Made by a program: the position numbers and the translations under genes. Of a DNA stretch of 64,000 bases, positions 15,001-24,200 are shown one piece after another. The DNA is from Amphiscolops sp. MND2022 (taxonomy: Eukaryota), in assembly GCA_964187785.1 (NCBI GenBank), contig OZ076409.1:35032001-35096000 (forward strand), in the 5' to 3' direction. A model generated the notes under the pieces. The model did no database searches. It saw nothing but the letters and a program-made list of their open reading frames with translations, and was not told the origin of the DNA. Within the stretch, counting starts at the first letter, position 1; each line of letters opens with the position of its first letter.

Positions 15001-18000
15001 GTCTTATCGAATTCAATATCTCAACATCCCCAACAGGAGTCTCTGCTTCATAATAGTGAGAGTAGCTTCATAATAACAAGAGAACACATTTTCATATTTT
15101 AAGTGTTATCCGCGACGACGGATACAACTTAACACTGATATTTAAAAAAAAACTGAAAGAAAAACAAATGAACAAAACGAAGATTTTTGTCATGTTTAAA
15201 ACTCTGTTTGAAACATGCCTAAAACGCGTTTAAAACACGACATGTTTTAAACATGCAAACCCTGCTTGAGGACAGCCTCCCTGGATAACATCATGTCATA
15301 CATAAAATAACGCCCTGTCTTGTCACATTTTCGTGATTCAGTTGCTCTGAATGACCAACACGTGCATTTCGATAATGAGGAGCATTTCATTAGAAGGTTG
15401 TTCGAAAGTTATCAATGATTAAATGTTCGCAGAGATATAATCGAAATCAATGTTTTTTGAAAGGCTTTAATCAAAATCAATGTTTTTTGTGATCTACTCA
15501 CTCTTTCATCATGTTCTATGACATAACTATTTATCGCGATGAACGTTTCCTAATGTCAACTTGTGTAACGCTTACTTCAACTCCTTTTGTTTCATCTACA
15601 AATTGCTGCAGTTTGATTGATTACATTTTCACTTTGATTACGTCGACGAGTTACAATTGCGAGACTGCCAAATTGCTAATAGGAAATGAAATTCGCTCGT
15701 TGTTTCAGGGTTTCCATGTTACTATTTTGTGCTGCTGAATGATTTCATTTCAGAACACATTCAACTGGGAGGCTTATTGACCAATGAAAAATGTTTTATT
15801 TACTTGAAATTTTCCAAAATGATTCTTCTACTATGTTTGTATTGGTATTATTCATTTTCCAATCTATGTTTAGGCGTGGTTGTTCGTCAACCCGCTTTTC
15901 AACCAAGCTACAAAAACCTGTCATTTCAATTTTCAGATTCTCACGATATGTTGTGGCACCTGAAACTATATTGAAGCTGTGGCACCTGATACCGTTCCCT
16001 TGAAAATTTCATCTTACAGTTTCTTTTGTTTACAGTCATTTTACCTATATAAAATTGTAAAGCGACAATTCGTGCCAATTACTTAAAGGTATAATTCGTC
16101 CCCAACTTAATTGCCAAGTAATACAATTGTAACAATTATTCCGTAAATAAAACATTCCGACACTGTCCGACAATTAACACCATTCGGAATGGCCTAATTT
16201 TGGCAAACTGGAAAGACTTTTCACATTCTTTAGTATTACGTTCTTCAATGCTAAGACTAGTACGTTAAAAAGTAACACTCAATCAATCATATTTACTGAG
16301 TGAGGTAACCATAAATTAGGTCTTTCAAATGGTCTATACACAAAGTATCGATACACTGAATTAAGCAGGACTACTGCAGCCCTTCCGAAACAAGAAGTTG
16401 GTATGGCAAATACAGCGAGAACGCGTCGTCATAGAGCATAACCCCAAGACACTTAGCTGCCATTGTTAGTCCGGCAGAGCTCCAACAGACACTCCGGTGA
16501 TAACCTCTCGGCCCGTGACTCGAGACCTTCTGACGAGAAACGGTTTTTCCTCTTCACAACAGAGGACATCGGTTGACCTGAGACCTGTACACATTGGTAT
16601 GCCAATGGAACGTTCGAGAGTTGCCTTCAATTGTTTTATCACAATTTCCTTCACAGCAATCCAAAAAATTAAACGTTGCCACTTATCTTCTCATGCGAAA
16701 GACGGATGGTATTTATACAAGTGCTTTAACACAATTGAAGGATTTTAATCCTTGTCTAGCCCATGAAGTCATCACAGTCGATTTTGAAACCGCTTCAAAT
16801 AATGCCTTCAGTAAAGTGCTTCCTGTAATGAAGCCGAAAGGATCTTTTTTCACTTAGCGCAGGCAAACTGGAGAAAAGTACAGAAACTTGGCAAATCAGC
16901 CCCATACCAAAAGGACGAGACTATCAGAGAAACTGTCAAATGCTTATTGGCCGTAACTCCACCGTCGCGTGTTTATTTGGGCTTTGACAAAGTCGTTGAA
17001 GAAGGCCAGGAGGATTTGAAAATCTCGAAGCAAACCGGTTGGGATCATCCCGAAGATTAGGACGGTGATATACGCCCTTGTTCCATCATTGTGGGAGCCC
17101 ATGGCTGTCAAAAGACCAACAATGCAGTTGAAGGATGGCATCACGGTTTCCAATCCGGAATAGGGGATTTCTCACCCCATAAATCTCAAGTTCTCTCAAG
17201 GATGCCAAGTATGAAGCCAGCAGCAAGCGCCCTATGGAAATTTTGGCAAATTACCAAAATAATTGAATCCAAAATACTTTGATTGCCATTTCTCGCAATT
17301 TCAATTGCGAAATTACATAAGTTCTTTGTAATCTTAAATACTTTTGTTACGTTCCGTTCAGAAGGGATTGATTACTGTCTTACAAGACGCCCGCTAAGCA
17401 CTGGGATATTTTCCCCCTTTTCGCCTTCATCACTTGAGCCATAGCTATTTTGGGAGGGGAATAGGATCTAAATAATAAGATCTAAAATTTAGTGATTTTA
17501 GATCTTATTCCCTTTAGATCTTATTCCCGTCCTGAAATTTTAGATCTTATTCCCTTTAGATCTTAATCCCATTTTTACTTCAGATACTATTCCCATCTCA
17601 GTATGAAGGATGAAGGCTGAGCAGGGAGACTGAGTAAGTGGAGTTGTACAAAGTGGAGTTTTGGCAGAATTTGGAAAAAAAACGCAACACAGATGATGAT
17701 TTTCCTCCCCCATTGAAAATGTGGGTCGGAAAATAAAAATACGCTGCTATTTTAAATGAACTTCTTCAGAGAAATTGGTCCAATGAGGAAGATGATGAGC
17801 TAAGTAATGTTTCATTAATTCTGCTAATTTCATGATTTACGCTAGTGTCATTTGAAAGTTGAAGCTTTTGACTCTGATTTTGCCCTGTTAGAATACTGAA
17901 TTAACTGATCGTTTGAAAACTAGTATAAAAATACGTGCATAGAAGATGAAAGTATTTTAAAAATTTTTACCAGCATTCGTTAGGCTTCATCGATAGTATC

Positions 18001-21000
18001 GTTAAGGCAAGTTCGTGATTTGTCAATATTGCCTCACGATGTTTTGTGTATCGGTTCACTTTCTTGTTCCACCCATGAACAATGTAATAATTCTAGTTGT
18101 ACGACCGTCTTTAACAATTCACAGAGTTGAATATTACGCAATAAAGTATATTTATTGTTCAGGCGAAGTGAACCCCATTGCCATTCGATTTTCAGAGGCA
18201 AATTTCACTTTTTTTCCGACTGAAAAGTGTGAATTGGTCAACTTTATCAACTGAGAATCCATATTTCTCGTCCTCTATGATTGTTCGCGTTTCCTTTTTT
18301 TTCAAAAAACGACACGAATCTGGACTACCTTCCAGTAAAAAAAAGTTTTGTCAACGGATTTTCCAACAGAGTTTTCCTTTAGAAAACTTGATAGGTCGAA
18401 CCTGGACACCAGTTGGCTTATCAGTTGGCAACTATTATCTTCGGAACCTTTCAAGCTACTGGCATGATGGGTGAATACTTTTTCATGGTGCATTACCGGG
18501 GCCTTGTCGCCGAACAACTTTAATCCCGCTAACGTTCCTCGGTTCAATTTTTTAGCGGAAAATATTCCTTGATCAAAGACGACACTTTAGCCTATTTGGA
18601 TTTCTTAGGCCATGCGCCTATGTTTTTCTTTTTGTTAGCTTCGTCATAGATAGTTGACGATATTGTGGATTAACGTGATAATTGATCAGTGACGTTTTGT
18701 TGAATGCGTTGCAAATATTCCATTAGGTTTAGAACTCGTACATTGCATTTCCTGTACATTGAAAAGTAGCATGTTTTATTTGTTGATACGATTTTATAAA
18801 AGAAGGAATGCAAAGTTGAAATGTTGGAGACTAGAAAGATAAAATTAAATTTTTGTTGGTAGCTATTATACATGATTCCATTGAAATTTCAGTAGATGTT
18901 TAGCACATTTTGTGGTATCATGAAAAACTCTAAAAATGTTTCATCCTTTGTGATCGTCAACTGATTCTTCATGACTCCGCACTGACTACATGAGGTTCGG
19001 TAGCAAGGATTGTTGATGAAATCGTTTGAAGTCAAGCATACAATCAGTTTTGCATGTCAACTTGTACTATCAAACTTTTAGCCATTAAGGGTTCTCTAGT
19101 CGTGCACTTAACATTGAGCATGAAAATTTTTAGTTCACCTCGAATATGCCGTCGTTTAGGCTTCCCTAGCAGTGCTCAAATTCGCGCCACATCTAGGTCA
19201 AACGCCAGAGCCAGTTAGCAAGTTAGTTACAACATAGAAATGTGTCAGTTCACTGGTCTTGAAAAAAGACACTACTATAGTCAGCTTTCCTAGCGAAAGC
19301 GCCGACTAAAATGTGAGATGGGAGAAAAGAATACAAAATACTAGTGATACACACTAAATTAGGAAGACACAAGGACGGACTAGCTTCGCCCCATTTCTAA
19401 CTAACCTCTGGAAAATTTTCCTGTATGGAGTAAGGTCTCTGCGAAACACCGCCACTAGTTCCGTTCAAGTGCTGATTCCTGGTCAGTGAGTTGGGAGACG
19501 CAAATGAGGTCTGGTGATTCCCCGCGAATGACAGCGCAGTTGCACCAAGACTATTAGCTTGACCTATATCCGAAGAGAAGCCTCCAATTCCACCCGTGAC
19601 GTCGTTGATGAATCCAGCAGCACTGGAGACGTTAACGCTTCCTGGCTCGGTGGAACTGAACACATTGGCCGCCGCTGAGGCACTAGAGGTTCCTACACAC
19701 GCCCCAAACACACCAGGCCCAGCTCCTGAGACATGAACAGTGCCTGATTAGCAGGGAAATAAGCAAAATGCATATTTACGCCAAAGATTCGAATTATAAC
19801 ATAGTTGTTTCAACATGTAATATTGGTGCTACAAATTGAAAGATCTATTTATTTTCTTACTGCTGTGAATAACTTGACACTTTTATAATTAAAAAAAAAC
19901 TTAAAGACAAAACCAGGAATGATCTCAATTTTCAAGAGTCACTGACCTCAGAACCAAAAAGCAACAACGAAAGACTACAGAAGCATACAAAATTGATGTA
20001 GCATACAAAATACATCAGATGCGTTTCCTCCAGTGGACGCCAAATCGTTTTCAGATGTATAAATCACGCGGAATTTCAATCGGCGTATAAATTTCTATAC
20101 GGATATTCATCTTGATCATCTTCTGGATACCGAATTAAGAACGAATAAAAACTGCGGCTCTGTTTTTATAACGGAAAAATGCGGCTTTTCTTCGAGGGTG
20201 GCTTTTAATCGAAGGAGGCTTTTATTCGAATGAATACGGTATATAACAAGAAAAGTTGTATCTACCTGATGTCTGCATGTGTGATGCCATATCAGACCCC
20301 ACTGCGTTGTTCCTGGCTACATTCACCCCAGAAGTGAGCAACTGCAGTTCTGAATCAGTTATCAAGGCGCCCATGTACTGTCGATGTTTCTGCCACATTT
20401 CACGGAAGTGCGTAGCCGATATTCTCAGCAGTTCTGAGTACTCGCTAGTGACTACTGTTGCTCGTCTCGGCGAGTTGGTAAGTACTGAGTCGCCAAAGAC
20501 AGTGCCAGTTCCCAGGGTACAAATGGTGACTTCATCCTTCAATAGTATAGAGACTCAGCAAATAAAGACCGAATGAAAGAGTGGTTAGAAAGCCTTACCT
20601 TAGGATCTCCAGTATCCGACACATTGAAATCTAGGCTCCCCGAAAGAACTGCATACCAGTTAGTTCCAATATCTCCTTGACAATAGACTGAAATACGCAA
20701 TTAGATTGATCAATGTTGTAGTTGAAATTGATTTTTTTATTCCACGATCAACCCATAATTTCAATTTGGAAGAGGGATCACTTTGATATCTGCGACCATG
20801 TTCTTTTTGAAATCAGAGAGTGATTTGACCAGAAAATGTTTAATTTCTCTTGCAAAATTGTTCTACGTAAGATAGGAACAATCTAGATAACATTTATAAA
20901 CTTGGAGAATTGAAAATCGGAAAAAAGTTCCACTGAGAACTTACGAGTGACGCCTTCATCAAGTTCTTCATAACAGCCGTACAGACATATCTGTTGTAGT

Positions 21001-21269
21001 AATGCTGGGTGAATTTTCTCAAAAGCCTTCACTGACTTCAGTCGCGCGTAGATTATATCCAGGTCCTCGCCGGTTCTCTCGAAAGATCTGAAACAAGTTT
21101 GCTGACGGTCTATATTAAAACGTTCACTAGTAACACATCAAATAAAATTATCAATGATTATTCCATCTCTTAATGTTTTTTCTTTCCATCTCTAGAAAAA
21201 TCAAAAGCAACTAACTGATGATAAATGGGCTTACCTTTTATCAAGACAAGTTATCCATTCAGCAATCAT
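1..21269 (-). CDS. RAPGEF4: Rap guanine nucleotide exchange factor 4 / Epac2-like (CNB-A, DEP, CNB-B, REM, RA, start of CDC25-HD); 16 coding exons in window, 3' end beyond left edge
   Basis: Manually spliced exons (minus strand): 21269-21235, 21087-20945, 20687-20599, 20536-20266, 19743-19406, 8960-8785, 8643-8287, 7819-7674, 7251-6997, 6739-6476, 3558-3263, 2873-2754, 1243-1183, 1089-943, 679-456, 88-<1. Intron phases are mutually consistent. Peptides match Epac2 motifs: [97 protein letters not shown]. The N-terminal extra CNB domain makes it Epac2-type or the single invertebrate Epac. Confidence 0.95.
456..679 (-). CDS. RAPGEF4: Epac exon 15 (RA end, CDC25-HD start)
   Basis: [17 protein letters not shown]...LPDQEGP...[23 protein letters not shown]. 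Confidence 0.92.
943..1089 (-). CDS. RAPGEF4: Epac exon 14 (RA domain)
   Basis: [26 protein letters not shown]...[10 protein letters not shown]. Confidence 0.92.
1183..1243 (-). CDS. RAPGEF4: Epac exon 13
   Basis: [20 protein letters not shown] (cf. Epac2 PIRGSDE). Confidence 0.8.
1356..2375 (-). mobile_element. Non-autonomous Helentron-associated (HINE/DINE-1-like) element, family 1, copy A
   Basis: Homologous end-to-end to 3678-4706; minus-strand 3' hairpin GCGAAGC-ACG-GCTTCGC; internal GCCGAAAA/GGGACCCTTT subrepeats; tRNA-like segment 2217-2289. Confidence 0.7.
2217..2289 (-). pseudogene. tRNA-derived sequence (Glu-TTC-like loop) inside repeat
   Basis: A-box-like TGGTCTAGTGG, B-box-like GTTCGAACCC, loop TTTTCAA; acceptor stem imperfect; second copy at 4544-4616. 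Confidence 0.6.
2754..2873 (-). CDS. RAPGEF4: Epac exon 12
   Basis: [25 protein letters not shown]...; tttcag / gttagt, phase 0-0. Confidence 0.75.
3263..3558 (-). CDS. RAPGEF4: Epac exon 11 (REM)
   Basis: [16 protein letters not shown]...[11 protein letters not shown]. Confidence 0.9.
3678..4706 (-). mobile_element. HINE-like element family 1, copy B
   Basis: Subterminal inverted repeats ACACTTGCGA (3705-3714) / TCGCAAGTGT (4695-4704); hairpin between sub-TIR and terminus; tRNA-like segment 4544-4616. Confidence 0.72.
6476..6739 (-). CDS. RAPGEF4: Epac exon 10 (VLVLE motif, REM start)
   Basis: [11 protein letters not shown]...[21 protein letters not shown]. Confidence 0.9.
6997..7251 (-). 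CDS. RAPGEF4: Epac exon 9 (CNB-B)
   Basis: [21 protein letters not shown]...[38 protein letters not shown]. Confidence 0.95.
7674..7819 (-). CDS. RAPGEF4: Epac exon 8 (CNB-B start)
   Basis: [45 protein letters not shown]; not present in the supplied ORF track. Confidence 0.92.
8287..8643 (-). CDS. RAPGEF4: Epac exon 7 (DEP domain)
   Basis: [12 protein letters not shown]...[15 protein letters not shown]...[13 protein letters not shown]. Confidence 0.92.
8785..8960 (-). CDS. RAPGEF4: Epac exon 6 (DEP start)
   Basis: [17 protein letters not shown]...LIRDRK; ends at AG|gcaagt. Confidence 0.85.
9011..9468 (-). mobile_element. HINE-like element family 2
   Basis: Plus-strand AAACAAG + GCCG/CGGC hairpin + AGTCGGTGC ... 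GCGCCAACTAAAA sub-TIRs; same ends at 42337-43159 and 43403-43988; end fragment at ~19260-19310. Confidence 0.65.
10047..11746 (-). mobile_element. Decayed hAT transposon (transposase relic) interrupted by a Tc1 relic
   Basis: Minus-strand VVADNS*NMKMR...[14 protein letters not shown] (11746-11630) resembles the hAT VTDN..NM / C.AH..NL motifs; [28 protein letters not shown] (~10280-10195) resembles the hAT C-terminal dimerisation motif; CAGGG terminus at 10047. Confidence 0.6.
10269..15650. repeat. Head-to-tail tandem duplication, unit ~2690 bp (10269-12959 / 12958-15650)
   Basis: Near-identical sequence at offset 2689-2691, also seen as duplicated ORFs (10328/13017, 11414/14104, 12820/15511). 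Confidence 0.95.
10624..11450 (+). mobile_element. Internally deleted Tc1/mariner transposon (second copy 13313-14140)
   Basis: TA|CAGTGG left end; fragments [41 protein letters not shown]; right TIR not identified. Confidence 0.75.
16370..17170 (+). pseudogene. Mutator-like (MULE) transposase relic
   Basis: Frameshifted fragments [54 protein letters not shown]. Confidence 0.8.
17382..17736 (-). mobile_element. HINE-like element family 3 (relatives at 22316-22536 and, inverted, 29793-30208)
   Basis: Plus-strand ends ACAAGACGCCCGCTAAGCACTGGGATATTTTCC ... GGAAAATAA; internal TAGATCTTATTCCC subrepeats; high similarity to the reverse complement of 29793-30208. Confidence 0.7.
19406..19743 (-). 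CDS. RAPGEF4: Epac exon 5 (low-complexity G/S/A/N-rich linker)
   Basis: Open frame between a cag acceptor (phase 1) and a GAG|gttagt donor (phase 0); the phases bridge exons 4 and 6. Confidence 0.75.
20130..20239. mobile_element. Short pogo/Tigger-like MITE
   Basis: TA|CCG...CGAATAAAA / TTTTATTCG...CGG|TA imperfect TIRs with TA flanks. Confidence 0.5.
20266..20536 (-). CDS. RAPGEF4: Epac exon 4 (CNB-A phosphate-binding cassette)
   Basis: [39 protein letters not shown]...; within ORF 20222..20542. Confidence 0.9.
20599..20687 (-). CDS. RAPGEF4: Epac exon 3 (CNB-A)
   Basis: [29 protein letters not shown]; tttcag / gtaag. Confidence 0.92.
20945..21087 (-). CDS. RAPGEF4: Epac exon 2 (CNB-A start)
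   Basis: [47 protein letters not shown]; tttcag / gtaag. Confidence 0.92.
21235..21269 (-). CDS. RAPGEF4: Epac coding exon 1 ([12 protein letters not shown])
   Basis: ATG at 21269, donor AG|gtaag; a tttcag acceptor upstream of 21331 implies a spliced 5' UTR. Confidence 0.9.
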
Positions 21270-22006
21270 CTTGACAAAAGACGAAGAGCTATAACAGAAA
21301 ACTCAAAATGCATTCAGAAAATCAAATACATCTGAAATAAAACGGCCCCGATAAACAATGAAACCATCGATGTTTGGTTTGAATAGATCCACTGACAATC
21401 GAAGTATCATTAATCCGAAAAACATAATACACATCATGAAATTTGCACTTTTAGTAAAATATTGATGTCGACATCAGATATGTTTCCAGAGCCCAATGAG
21501 GACATGTTACAACACGTGCAACGGACGGAGCACACAAGTCGAAGCCACCGGCATTCAATAGATTTGCGACTGTTCTTTTCAAATCTTTGACAACAGTTGT
21601 CACATTTTCGATCGATACAGCTTCTAACAAAGGAACTTGGAACTTCAACGAAGAAAACCACGGTAACTAATTTTATACAGTTAGAACTACACTGTTCATT
21701 TCATTGATAGCAACTTGAAACTTTTTCATTTAAAAAAATTATACAGACGACTTTCTGCAAACAAGCTCTATGGAGTCCCTTGATAGTTTTCGGCAGCACA
21801 TACTAAAATATGCTTTTTGATTAAAGTATCGATTTTTTTCTTCCTCCATCAGATATCATGGATCTTCGTCATCAATCAAGTACCATGTGTATCATCATGT
21901 TGGGGGGAGAAGTCACACCCGTGGTCTGCAACGAACGTAGGGAACCCCATACTAGCCACTATCCCAGTAGACCAGTAACAAGCTATCAATTAATTTAATC
22001 CACTAA

Positions 22007-22260
22007 ATTTTGATGACGAATTAATTGATACGAAAAGAGTTGAAAACTGCGTTAACGTAGTTTTCAACTCTTTTCGTATCAATTAATTCGTCATCAAAAT
22101 CAATCAGCCTGAAACTATCCAATTAGTGCCACTAATTGGAGTTTCAGGCTGATTGATTTTAATGACGAATTAATTGATACGAAAAGAGTTGAAAACTACG
22201 TTAACGCAGTTTTCAACTCTTTTCGTATCAATTAATTCGTCATCAAAATCAATCAGCCTG
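22007..22260. repeat. Nested palindrome array
   Basis: Palindromes 22007-22100 and 22145-22260, each centred on GTTAAC; the two are themselves inverted about ~22129. Confidence 0.9.
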
Positions 22261-22696
22261 AGAGAGAGAGACAACACTATATTATTGTACGGGATAGCTG
22301 ACAGCTTAACATACAACAAGACGCCCACTAAGCACCTGGATATTTTCCGCGACCCTTATTGCAAAAAAAGTATGGCGAAGGAGAGGATCGAACCCACGAC
22401 CTACTGGCTGGGAAAGCAAGAAAAGAAGTGCACTTCACTCGATGGAGTGGAGATGAAGTGGAGTTTTGGCAGAATTTGTAAAAAAAAACAAGTCACAGAT
22501 CATGATCTCCCTCCCCATTTATGTGGGCGGAAAATAATAGAAGTAAATGACTGCCTAATTGTTGTGATAAACTTATTGAATAGTTTCCGGTTGTGATGGT
22601 AACCAAGACGACATCAACAGCATCCTCCAAATATCGAAGTTGCAAAAAGGTCGTGAAAGATGTTGACAAAACTGGCATAGCATGTGACAACTGTTC

Positions 22697-23300
22697 GGGT
22701 GGGCGGAAATAGGTCGAAGGAACGGGATCGAAAATCAGAGTTAGTCCTCAGGTCGACATACCAAATTTTTGAATGAGATTGAAACAACTCGGATCGAAAA
22801 TTTTATAACGTAGTCAAATATGTTCACATACCCCTAGTGCCCTGAATGCAGGAGCGAAACGAAGCGGAGCGACGTGTCATATGGGGATTGCATGAAATGG
22901 GTCGAATGAAATAGGTCGAAAAGAATTAGGTCGACCCTTTTGATCGAATAACTTAGGTCGAATTGACTGAGGTCGAATTGGGACGAATGGACTTGGGTCG
23001 AAATCAATAGTTGTCTCCATTTTTCAAGGTCGACCCAAGTCCATTCGACCCAATTCCGAAACGGTGAAGATTCGAGCCATGGCACAGGAGGCCGATTCGA
23101 CCCATTTCTTTCGACCCATTTCCGTTCACCCCCATATGGCCATGCCTCAATGTTGCTACTTGGCGAAGGGAGCGGAGCGACCGAGCCATACAACAAATAC
23201 GATAAAATTCGACAGCATTCCATTCGATCCCTGCAATTCGATCAAAAGGTTCGACCTCTGTCCTTTCGACCAGAAAAATTCGACCTATTTACAGCCACCC
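22697..23300. mobile_element. Mutator-type MITE with 9-bp TSD CAACTGTTC, containing a nested related MITE (~22883-23133)
   Basis: TSD 22688-22696 / 23301-23309; TIRs GGGTGGGCGGAAATAGGTCGAA / TTCGACCTATTTACAGCCACCC. Confidence 0.9.
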
Positions 23301-23360
23301 CAACTGTTCTACTTGGTCTCATGGTACATGTGTTGGTCTTTCCGAGCAAGATGTCACCAC

Positions 23361-24163
23361 GGATTCCGGACGTTTCGGTAAAAGACGTTTCGGCAAAAAC
23401 ATCGCGGCGGACGTTTCGGCAAAAATATATGCCTAAACGTCTCAGGCTGAAAAAATTTGCCGAAACGTTTCGTATGATATGTGGGGCATATCCGGTGTAT
23501 GCACGCTCGCCCTCATTGTCGCAAAGACCAGCTTCCACTACGATCGCTTCGCGATCTCCGTTCCCGCTTGGTCTTTGCTCCTGTTCGACCTCGCTTAGCA
23601 AGATGGGAATATAAGCGGCCCCAAGGGGCCGCAGGGCAGTAGAGGAAATGGGGACATATCCGAGGGGTACTTGATATGACATGTTACAATTATACGCTGA
23701 CTACGTTATAAAGATAAATTCGACAAAATCTGCCACGTGTTTTCAACTAAGTGGTTTTAAGTCAAATGACTTTAAGCCAAGTGACCAATACCCGAGACAC
23801 TTAGCTTTAAAAAATTAAGCCAAGTGACCAATTGTATTAGGCCAAATGACTTTAGGCCAAATGGCATTAAGCCAATAACCATTTACCTCCCCAAGGGGCC
23901 GCGGGGCACTAGAGGAAATGGGGACATATCCGAGGCACGTTTTATGCTTTCCATCATTCCCACATTAATGGTCTTATCGTTTTTCTTCAATTCTAGAATT
24001 CTACAAACTGGTATTCTACAAACTAGACCTAACCAATTTCTAGAAAACCAAAAACAAAACAAAGATAAGACGGGACCAAGATAATACGGGACGTTTCGGC
24101 AATTTGCCAAAACGTCTTGAAAATTTTTTTTGCCGAAAGGTCTTTGCCGAAACGTCCTGTTCC
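23361..24163. mobile_element. Mutator-type MITE with 9-bp TSD TGTCACCAC
   Basis: TSD 23352-23360 / 24164-24172; TIRs GGA..GGACGTTTCGGTAAAAGAC / GTCTTTGCCGAAACGTCC..TCC; internal ~47-bp direct repeat at 23619 and 23889. Confidence 0.9.
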
Positions 24164-24200
24164 TGTCACCACTCTGGGGAGAGTCAGCGGTTGTCTCTGG

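Noticed and set aside
22880..23300. CRISPR-like array of GGTCGAA/TTCGACC repeats
   Set aside because: Eukaryotic context, irregular spacing and no cas genes; these are MITE subterminal repeats
22697..23300. MITEs acting as introner-type introns in LINE ORF1
   Set aside because: GT/AG near the ends do not give clean frame-preserving removal for all three inserts, and the LINE is otherwise decayed
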